Below, piece by piece: positions 20,604-28,605 of a DNA stretch of 64,000 nucleotides. Under the pieces are notes generated by a model. It saw only the letters and a list, made by a program, of their open reading frames with translations, had not been told where the DNA came from and ran no database searches. The position numbers were made by a program, and so were the translations under genes. This DNA is from an uncultured bacterium (GTDB lineage Bacteria; Desulfobacterota_D; UBA1144; Nemesobacterales; UBA2774): positions 2,080,001-2,144,000 of the forward strand of contig CAWGRW010000009.1 of the NCBI GenBank assembly GCA_963825135.1. The letters run 5' to 3'. Position 1 is the first letter of the stretch. The number at the start of each line of letters is the position of its first letter.

Positions 20604-21437
20604 CTAAATTAAGCTTCTTACTTTTTCCGTCGCCAGATTCATATTCTCGGACTTTACCTCTCCCGGATACCCGCAGTGAATGCACCGCTTGTTGTTCTGA
20701 TGGTGGAGCTTCGCGCACGATACCGCGTTCGCCCCTTTAACGCGGACATAAACCTCCGCGGCCAGCAGCATCCCGAATAAAGGAGCCGTAAAGTAGATCC
20801 ATAGCCCGCTATGGTTGTTCGCGAAGAGGCTCGAGCCGAGAGAGCGCGCCGGGTTCATGCTCATTCCCGAGATCGGGGCCTCGAACGTGATGTAAGTCGC
20901 TACGAGCAATCCGGCGAAGAGCCCCGTGTACCTCGCGATGCTCGGGGTGTTCGATACGGTGAGCACGACCGTCATGAGGATGAACGAGATGACCGCCTCC
21001 GCAATAAAAGCGATTATCACCCCTTGCATACCCGGAAAGGTGGCTGCGTAGTTCACGTGGGGGTGCGATGCGATCCTGCCGATTAATATGTGAGCGATAA
21101 GCACGCCTGCCGCCGCTCCTGCGAACTGGGCTATTACGTAAAACGCCGCGTCCCAGGCCTTTACCTTGCCGAGCCTGAGGAATGTGAGGGTTACTGACGG
21201 GTTGATGTGCGCGCCTGACTGCTTGCCCCAGGGAGAATAGATGATGGATATCGCGGTCAGACCCATTGCCATACCCATCAGCACTCTCCTGGTCATCGGG
21301 TCGGGTATTGCGCCATGGACCGGAGAAGAGGGGTGCTCTAGAAGCGCCACGAATAAGCACGCGGATATCATAAAGAACCCGAGCCCGGCGGCTTCGATCA
21401 GGTATTCGGGCCAATGATTTTTCAGTATTGTCAGCAT
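20604..21437 (-). CDS. MIP/aquaporin-family channel with a Cys/His C-terminal tail
   Basis: SGAHINPSVT and SMNPARS loops; tail CAKLHHQNNKRCIHCG. Confidence 0.93.
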   Translation of the reverse strand: MLTILKNHWPEYLIEAAGLGFFMISACLFVALLEHPSSPVHGAIPDPMTRRVLMGMAMGLTAISIIYSPWGKQSGAHINPSVTLTFLRLGKVKAWDAAFYVIAQFAGAAAGVLIAHILIGRIASHPHVNYAATFPGMQGVIIAFIAEAVISFILMTVVLTVSNTPSIARYTGLFAGLLVATYITFEAPISGMSMNPARSLGSSLFANNHSGLWIYFTAPLFGMLLAAEVYVRVKGANAVSCAKLHHQNNKRCIHCGYPGEVKSENMNLATEKVRSLI

Positions 21438-21455
21438 GGCGGTATTGACCCTATT

Positions 21456-22562
21456 TCAGTTAAGCGGAGCTACTTCGCAGAAGACTTTAATCGCGCCTTT
21501 CGCGTTTGTGAGGGTGTTCATGAGCTCTTTGTAGTTTTCGAGTCCTTTGACCGGGTGAGTGAGGAAATTGGAAATCCACCCCGGCCATTCATGCTCCGCG
21601 TGCGAAATGTCTTTTACGCCCATCTCGAAGTATTCGCGGTTCGCGTTGACGGTTCCCACGACTACCTTGTTACCCAGGACGAATCCGAGGTTTATCATGT
21701 CGCAAGGCACTTCGACCTTCCGGTCCCCTCCCGTAACGCTCGAGAGCACGAGGACGCCGTTCTTACCAAGGCAATTCATCGCCTCGAACACGATTGGAGA
21801 GAAGCCCGTCGCCTCGAAGATTATGTCGAAAGGACCGTGTTTGTCCGCCGCTTGCATAATATTTATTTCGTCTGTCGTGTGGTAATGCGCACCGATCTGT
21901 TCTATCAGGTCCGAGTTCAGGTACGGGGCTTTGGTCCTGCCGAATACATGTACCTGCATACCCCTCAATCTGAGGGCCATGGCGGCGAGGAGACCGATGG
22001 TCCCGGCTCCCAGCACCGCCGCGCGCTTCGGGCGCCAAACGCGGAGGCGTCTCTGTATCTCGTAAGCCTGGGCAATGCCCTTTTCGATGACACTCGTGGG
22101 CTCGAGGAGAACTCCGAATTCCTTCAAGCCCCTAGGGACTTTCACGAGGTATTCGGGATCCTCAACATAATATTCAGTCAGGAAGCCGTGGAGGAGGTTT
22201 ATTCCATGCTCAAAGTAGTTGTCGTCGGTCGTCGTATCGTACTTGCCAATTTTGTCGTAGATGCTTCCGCCGGGTCTCCTGACAGTGGCCGTGACGTAGT
22301 CTCCGGGGACGAACTCCGTGACGTTCTTTCCCACTTCCTCGACTATCCCGAAGCTCTCGTGTCCTATCACCAGAAAATCGTATCCGGTAGGCGCGGCCCC
22401 GTACTCGGCGGCGTTTATCTCCTTATCCGTTCCGTCCACCCCCACGCGCAGTACTTTCACCAACACCCCGCGCCCGTCCGGTATCTCGTTTATATTGGGC
22501 TTCGGGAGCTCCGTAAGGTGAACGCTGCCCGGCTTGCCCGGAATGACTCCTATCGCTTTCAT
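21456..22562 (-). CDS. Zn-dependent (MDR-type) glucose 1-dehydrogenase
   Basis: GVDGTD, GHE, TVRRP, LGAGTIG and GTVNAN are typical of the archaeal-type GDH family. Confidence 0.88.
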   Translation of the reverse strand: MKAIGVIPGKPGSVHLTELPKPNINEIPDGRGVLVKVLRVGVDGTDKEINAAEYGAAPTGYDFLVIGHESFGIVEEVGKNVTEFVPGDYVTATVRRPGGSIYDKIGKYDTTTDDNYFEHGINLLHGFLTEYYVEDPEYLVKVPRGLKEFGVLLEPTSVIEKGIAQAYEIQRRLRVWRPKRAAVLGAGTIGLLAAMALRLRGMQVHVFGRTKAPYLNSDLIEQIGAHYHTTDEINIMQAADKHGPFDIIFEATGFSPIVFEAMNCLGKNGVLVLSSVTGGDRKVEVPCDMINLGFVLGNKVVVGTVNANREYFEMGVKDISHAEHEWPGWISNFLTHPVKGLENYKELMNTLTNAKGAIKVFCEVAPLN

Positions 22563-22686
22563 AAATCCGCTCTCCTTGGTACTAAAGTTGCCAAGTTAGA
22601 CGAACGTATGGCGGGGATGGATTTACGGCATGGCTATGTGGAGCTGATCGCTAAAGGCGGCAGGGCGATATAGGGCAGGGAGAGTA

Positions 22687-23457
22687 TCAAACCCCTCTTT
22701 CCAGGAGTATCTTCGAGGGCTTCGGGACCTTCCTCAATTTTATACCGAACTTGTCGACGATGTTCTTATGAATATAGGCGACGGCTTCATCGACCGAATC
22801 GGTGAACACGAGGAAGCCGAGGTCGTTCTCGTCTATCGTTTGTTCCATGACCATCAAATCGAGAAAATCCATGAGGGGCTTGAAATAATCCCTACCCAGG
22901 AGGATTATCGGAAAGTTGTAGATCTTCTTTGTCTGGATCAGGGTCAGCGTTTCAAAGAGCTCGTCCATTGTCCCCGCGCCGCCCGGCAGCACGACGAACG
23001 CATACGAGTATTTAAGGAGCATGAGTTTCCTGACGAAGAAATACTTGAAAGTTACCATTATGTCGAGGTAGGGGTTCGGCTTTTGCTCCATCGGGAGCTT
23101 GATATTACAGCCTATCGATTTTCCGCCCGCTTCCTTCGCCCCCCTGTTGGCCGCTTCCATGATGCCGGGCCCGCCTCCGGTCATTACGGCGAAGCCCATG
23201 TTCGCGAGCTCGTACCCCATCTTCCGTGCGAGCTCGTACTTCGGGTTCCCTTCCTTCGTTCTCGCCGATCCGAAGACAGTGACGACCGGGCCTACGAAAT
23301 GGAGTATCCTGAACCCCCTTAAGAACTCCCGCATTACGCGGAATAAAAACCAGAGCTCCCTCAGCCTCGAGTGCGGCCCTTCGATGAACTGCATCTCCTC
23401 CGTGCGGGGTTTTACGCTCTTTTGCCTGTAAAAGAATTCCCTGAGGTCCTTTAACAT
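22687..23457 (-). CDS. LOG-family (TIGR00730) nucleotide-binding protein
   Basis: TVFGSAR, TGGGPGIMEAANRGA and PGGAGTMDE motifs. Confidence 0.92.
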   Translation of the reverse strand: MLKDLREFFYRQKSVKPRTEEMQFIEGPHSRLRELWFLFRVMREFLRGFRILHFVGPVVTVFGSARTKEGNPKYELARKMGYELANMGFAVMTGGGPGIMEAANRGAKEAGGKSIGCNIKLPMEQKPNPYLDIMVTFKYFFVRKLMLLKYSYAFVVLPGGAGTMDELFETLTLIQTKKIYNFPIILLGRDYFKPLMDFLDLMVMEQTIDENDLGFLVFTDSVDEAVAYIHKNIVDKFGIKLRKVPKPSKILLERGV

Positions 23458-23598
23458 GTTCGTATTATCCCCGTAGATATTTAAACGCTACAGCCGCCAC
23501 GCTCTGGAGTCTATCTCTTAAATACATCAATATAGTGGATTGTGTCAATAGATTCCGGGGTTTCGGTTATGATTTCGACCGGCGTTCTCCGGCCGCTT

Positions 23599-24762
23599 TC
23601 AGTAAACGGCTTTATCGGCCGGCTTGGCGGATCCGATAACGAAGCTGTTAATAATTGTCCGGGCGTATTCTTGACCCTGCGCCCTGTCGTACACGCCGCC
23701 CTCGGCCAATCTGTCTGAGTATTCGAACAGGTATTCGTATAGTTTTTTATCCTGATAGCTATTTTTCAATCTTAGAGTCGGGTTTGACTTAATCGCTTCT
23801 TCCCACACCTGTCTCACATCAGCCCAGAACGGCGCGGTCCGCTCCCAGTATTCTCTGGCGGCCGAGTCGTTAAAACCGGACAACCGTTCATACCGGTCGA
23901 GCCCGATCTCTTTTGCGAGGTAGGGGTCGTTCCCGAGCTCCTTACCGTCCCCGTCCACGACCATTTTGAGGTTGTCCTGTTCATGCGCCCAGCCGGTGGG
24001 AGTGATGGTTATGCGGTTCACGCCCGAGAGCACGTTATAATCGTCCCTCACGCTGAATTCCCGCCTCGGCAGCGGGCGCCATGTGACGGGGCTCGTCCAG
24101 GTCACATCGTTCCCGTCGTACACCCATTCCGCGAGCGCTTCGTATCTGGGCGTATCGTCTACCTGATAGACCGCCTGGGACCATTTCCCGGCGGCTTGGT
24201 CCCTGGGGACTTTGACCGTTTGCCAGGTGTTGTTGCCTCTGTACTCCAAAATCTCCTCGTCCTGATAAGTCCAGTCCTGACGCCAGTGTTTGGTTACTGA
24301 CGGGCCCTCCACTTTCCCGTTTTCGTCCAGGAAATACATTACGAGTATGTGCTGGAGACTTATGAAGCTGCCCGTGTCCTCGATCACCTTTATGTATTCA
24401 GTCGCCCAGGACTGATAGGGGCGGTCAACCTTGTATCCGGTACGGAGCGGTATTGTCTCGATGAAATTGAACGTGACCCTGTATGTTCCGGCCATCGACA
24501 GAATGGCTCTTCTGTCGCGCTCGTACTTCGTGATGCCGGGTTCCCGTACGGCGATCAATCCGGGGTTCGGGGATTTGTCCAGTATGACGGGCGCGCCCGC
24601 GGTCACGCCGCCCCTGGGCTTCATAGAGTCGTTATCCGAGTATTCCCAGCTGAAGGTGAATTGCTTCTCCGCCGGCGGGTTTTGTTGAACGGCAGTCTTC
24701 GCGGCGCAGCCGCTTACTGCGATCGGCAAACAAATGAGTAAGGGCAGCAGTTTTTTCGTCAT
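23599..24762 (-). CDS. DUF6607-type lipoprotein
   Basis: Lipobox VSGC; KHWRQDW, YQVDDTPRY and WRPLPRRE motifs; start at MTKKLL. Confidence 0.75.
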   Translation of the reverse strand: MTKKLLPLLICLPIAVSGCAAKTAVQQNPPAEKQFTFSWEYSDNDSMKPRGGVTAGAPVILDKSPNPGLIAVREPGITKYERDRRAILSMAGTYRVTFNFIETIPLRTGYKVDRPYQSWATEYIKVIEDTGSFISLQHILVMYFLDENGKVEGPSVTKHWRQDWTYQDEEILEYRGNNTWQTVKVPRDQAAGKWSQAVYQVDDTPRYEALAEWVYDGNDVTWTSPVTWRPLPRREFSVRDDYNVLSGVNRITITPTGWAHEQDNLKMVVDGDGKELGNDPYLAKEIGLDRYERLSGFNDSAAREYWERTAPFWADVRQVWEEAIKSNPTLRLKNSYQDKKLYEYLFEYSDRLAEGGVYDRAQGQEYARTIINSFVIGSAKPADKAVY

Positions 24763-24986
24763 GACCCGGCTTGCTCGCAAGAAACGTTTAAAGATTACCC
24801 AAGCCGAAGAAAGATTCGAAATTAAGCCGGATTTTTGTAAATATCCCGGGAAGATAATTTTAATGATAAATATTAATAAAGTTCCTGATATTCGCCCGTA
24901 CCCGAGCTGAAAGTTCAATTGAGCTGTATATTTTGCCTATGGCAACGGTCGGAAACACGCCTCAAAACCGATTGAAGGAGGAAGTG

Positions 24987-25673
24987 ATGAGCACTCGTAT
25001 CTTTCTTATAATTATATATTTAGTTTTTGTAATATTAGTCTCGGCATCTATAGACTCGCGAGCCGATGTGCTTTGCGCCAACGAAAGAAGCGGAGTCGTC
25101 AGAATCCGCCCTGAGGAATGCGAGCCTGATGAGACTGTAGTGGATTTGAGCGGAATTGCGCAGTCCCCCGCGGTCAAGCCGCCCCGGTGGAGATGGCTGG
25201 GCGAGGGCGAGGGGACCTACTGGTACGTACCAAAAGCAAACCTGCCCGCCGTAGAATGGGATACATCCGATCCCGAGAGCTATTCGCCCGTAATTGACCA
25301 GACGGTATGGCATATCGATCATTACGCGAACGGATATTTCTCAGGAACCGTAGTCGCGCAGATAGGGGTGCATCCGCCGCAGTGTCAGTACCTGATTGGG
25401 TCCGTAACTCCGAACGGCACGGTCTATATCACCTTCAATTCTCTTGCTGCTGTGCCTGTGGGCTCGCCTGCGTTGACGACTGGGGTGGGGACAATGGTGC
25501 TTAAGGGAAACGACTGGACATTCAACATGCAGATGGCCTCGGGTCAAGCCTCTAGCCAGATCACACACTGGGCTTACATGCTCGAGTGCACGCCGGATGA
25601 GAAGTGCTGGACGGACCTGCCCGGGATACAGACGAGCCTGCCTGATTTTGTCGCCGAATGCGGTACCCAATAG
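24987..25673 (+). CDS. Hypothetical secreted protein
   Basis: AGGAGG RBS before MSTRIF, signal peptide and several paired Cys. Confidence 0.65.
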   Translation: MSTRIFLIIIYLVFVILVSASIDSRADVLCANERSGVVRIRPEECEPDETVVDLSGIAQSPAVKPPRWRWLGEGEGTYWYVPKANLPAVEWDTSDPESYSPVIDQTVWHIDHYANGYFSGTVVAQIGVHPPQCQYLIGSVTPNGTVYITFNSLAAVPVGSPALTTGVGTMVLKGNDWTFNMQMASGQASSQITHWAYMLECTPDEKCWTDLPGIQTSLPDFVAECGTQ

Positions 25674-25914
25674 CCTCGCTGGGGACCACAATAGGCAAAG
25701 CCCAATAACGATTTGTAAAATACGGGCGGGAGCCGGTCCACGCTCGCATTCTGCATCGGAGATTGCCTGCCGGGCCCGGGCTTGGCGACGCTATCGGGCT
25801 TCTATGTAAATATTACATTAAGGGGAGTGTATAACCTTAACAACTTTCCCGTAATGACTTATACTAACTTTTGGTCTCAGGTTATGATGATATGAGCCTT
25901 TACCCCGAATCGTA

Positions 25915-28587
25915 ATGAATAAAGTCGATAAAAAGAAACCCGGGAAAACAAATAAGTCCGTAATTGATTCCGGAAACCATCTGTTGGCGGTTCTCGATAC
26001 GGTGGGGGAAGGGATTGTGACGATCGATTCCGAGGGCACGGTTATCATGGTCAACAGAGAATTCGAAAATATCTGGGGTTATCAGCGCGACGAGATAATC
26101 GGAGTCAACCTGACGATTCTCATGCCGGAGAAATACAGGGGCGCTCACAAAGCCGGTATGAAGCGCTACCTCTCGACAAGAGAGGCTGTCGTTCTCGGCC
26201 GCAGGCTTGAGCTCGAGGGTCTCAGAAAAGACGGGTCCGTCTTCCCTCTCGAAATCCGCATAACCGAAACGGAGATAAACCGTGACGTCTATTTTACCGC
26301 GGCGGTTCGGGACCTTACCGATCTTAAAAAAGCGGCCAAGCTCCTGCACGACGAAGCGCAGCTAAGGAGGCAGAACGAAGTTCTTCTGGAGCTTGCAAAG
26401 AGCGAAGCGATCGAAGCGGGAGACCTCGACGCGATCCTGATAAAGATAACTGAAGCAGCGACTAGAACACTGGGAGTCGAGAGGGCTAATATATGGTTAT
26501 ACGATGAGGCGCGGACCCGGATCCATTGTATCGAGCAGTATGAGGCCGGGACCGGAAAGCACTCCGACGGAGCCGAGTTGTCAGCCTCCGACTACCCGAC
26601 GTACTTCAAGGCTCTGGAGAACGAAAGAATTATTGCCGCGCACGACGCCGCAACCGATCCAAGGACGTCGGAGTTCGACGAAACGTATCTCAAACCGTTG
26701 GGTATCACTTCCATGCTCGATGCCCCGGTAAGGCTTAAGGGGCGAATGATAGGACTGATATGCCATGAGCACATGGGGCCGCAGAGGACGTGGACCCTCG
26801 AAGAACAGAACTTCGCGGGATCTGTCGCAGACCTGCTTTCGCTCGCTCTGGAAGCGAGAGAGCGGAAAAGGGTGGAGAAATCCCTGAGAGAGAGCGAGGA
26901 AAAATTCCGCACATTAGTTGAAAATACATATGACTATATCTATGAAGCGAGCATCGACGGCAAATTCCTTTACCTGAGCTCCAAACACAAGGATGTCCTC
27001 GGTTATGATCCCCAGGAATTTATCGGCAGTGATATATTTGAGCTGATCTACCCGGAAGACCGTCCGGCGGTGATGGAGGTATTTCAAAAGATTATTAATA
27101 CCTCGACCTCGGGACACGCCGTATACAGGTACCGGCACAAGAACGGTGACTGGCTCTGGTTTGAAGCTACCGGCAGGCCATACGTAACTATGGGCGGTAA
27201 GACGCGGATACTCATCTTCAGCAGGGAAATCACGGAGAGGAAGAATGCCGAGGAAGCCCTCAAAGAGACGCTCGGCCAGCTCTCCAGGAAAAACAGATAT
27301 GAGACTATAATCAGCGCGGTTACCAGGAGCGTTCACCAATCGACGGACCTGGAAAACGTGCTTGAAAACGCCGTCCAGGCGATATTCGAGAACATAGAAA
27401 AGGCCGATAGCGTATCTATTTATTTTGTAGAAGGGGAGGAAGCCGTTCTAAAAGCGCACAGGGGTTATGTCGACTGGTATATAAAGAGGGTAGCCAGAAT
27501 CCCATATCCCCGCGGATACGCATGGAAGGTGATTATGGATGAAAATCCGAGGTATTGCCCGGATACGGAGATGGATACCGTGATAGGGCCCGCGGGAAGA
27601 GAGTTAGGAATAAAATGCTATTTGTCCCTTCCGATCCTTTATGCGGGTAAGACTATAGGTACGATAAATATTAACTCGTTCCAGAAGGGGGCGTTCGATG
27701 AGGAGGAGCTGAAACTCCTCGAGATAGTGGGTGATCAGATTTCGGTCGCGATAGGTAACGCCAGGCAGAAAGGGGCGCTCCAGGAAGCGATGTCCGAAGT
27801 TGAGCTGCTAAAAAAGCGGCTTAAGAATAATAAGCTCTTTTTGCCCGAGGAAGAAACGCGCGAGCTGCATTTCGAAGGGATCATAGGCAAATGCTCTCCG
27901 CTGCGCAAGGCGATGTTCATGGCGGAGCGGATCGCTCCCACGGATTCTGCAGTGCTGATCAAGGGCGAGCCGGGCACGGGCAAGCATTTATTCGCGGAGA
28001 CTATTCACAGGATGTCTGTGAGGGCCGAAAACCCTTTCGTGAAAATCAACCTTAAGGGCCATGAGGGAGGCCTTGCCGAGGTTCGGATGTTCGGGTTTGA
28101 AGAAAAGGGTGCCGACAGCACCGCTATTTCCCTTTCCGTAGGCAGCGTGGAGCTCGCAAATAACGGCACTGTATATATTAAAGATATCAGCGGGTTGTCC
28201 ATAAATATACAGAGAATACTATTGTCCATATTACAGGAAGGGGAGTTCGTTCGTCCCGGCAGCTCGCGTGCAATTAAAGTGAATGTCAGGGTCATTGCGG
28301 GGACGAACGGGGAACTGGAGAAGTCGGTGGAGGACGGACTATTTCTCGAAGACCTGTTTCATGAGCTCAGCGGGTCTCAGATTATACTACCGCCGTTGAA
28401 AGAGAGGTTGGAAGATATCCCACTTCTTGCCCAGCATTTCTTATTAAAGCACGGTAAAAAGCCCGGGAAGGAATTGAAATCCATATCACAGCATCTGCTG
28501 GACAATTTTGATTCTTATGATTGGACGGATAACGTCAGGCAGCTCGAAAGAATAATAAAAGACGCCGTTGCCGCATCCGGCACCTGA
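25915..28587 (+). CDS. PAS-GAF-PAS-GAF sensor with a degenerate sigma54-type AAA+ domain and no HTH
   Basis: FixL-like PAS (LMPEKYRGAH..GLRKDGSVFP); Walker A GEPGTGK kept; GAFTGA replaced by GADSTA; Walker B replaced by YIKDI; the ORF ends shortly after WTDNVRQLE. Confidence 0.88.
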   Translation: MNKVDKKKPGKTNKSVIDSGNHLLAVLDTVGEGIVTIDSEGTVIMVNREFENIWGYQRDEIIGVNLTILMPEKYRGAHKAGMKRYLSTREAVVLGRRLELEGLRKDGSVFPLEIRITETEINRDVYFTAAVRDLTDLKKAAKLLHDEAQLRRQNEVLLELAKSEAIEAGDLDAILIKITEAATRTLGVERANIWLYDEARTRIHCIEQYEAGTGKHSDGAELSASDYPTYFKALENERIIAAHDAATDPRTSEFDETYLKPLGITSMLDAPVRLKGRMIGLICHEHMGPQRTWTLEEQNFAGSVADLLSLALEARERKRVEKSLRESEEKFRTLVENTYDYIYEASIDGKFLYLSSKHKDVLGYDPQEFIGSDIFELIYPEDRPAVMEVFQKIINTSTSGHAVYRYRHKNGDWLWFEATGRPYVTMGGKTRILIFSREITERKNAEEALKETLGQLSRKNRYETIISAVTRSVHQSTDLENVLENAVQAIFENIEKADSVSIYFVEGEEAVLKAHRGYVDWYIKRVARIPYPRGYAWKVIMDENPRYCPDTEMDTVIGPAGRELGIKCYLSLPILYAGKTIGTININSFQKGAFDEEELKLLEIVGDQISVAIGNARQKGALQEAMSEVELLKKRLKNNKLFLPEEETRELHFEGIIGKCSPLRKAMFMAERIAPTDSAVLIKGEPGTGKHLFAETIHRMSVRAENPFVKINLKGHEGGLAEVRMFGFEEKGADSTAISLSVGSVELANNGTVYIKDISGLSINIQRILLSILQEGEFVRPGSSRAIKVNVRVIAGTNGELEKSVEDGLFLEDLFHELSGSQIILPPLKERLEDIPLLAQHFLLKHGKKPGKELKSISQHLLDNFDSYDWTDNVRQLERIIKDAVAASGT

Positions 28588-28605
28588 GGGCCGGGAATAG
28601 TTTAA

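Noticed and set aside
22578..22595. Possible sigma54 promoter upstream of glucose dehydrogenase (TGGCAAC...)
   Set aside because: The -12 GC is missing at the required spacing.
21414..22673. 419-aa plus-strand ORF
   Set aside because: Antisense shadow of the glucose dehydrogenase gene.
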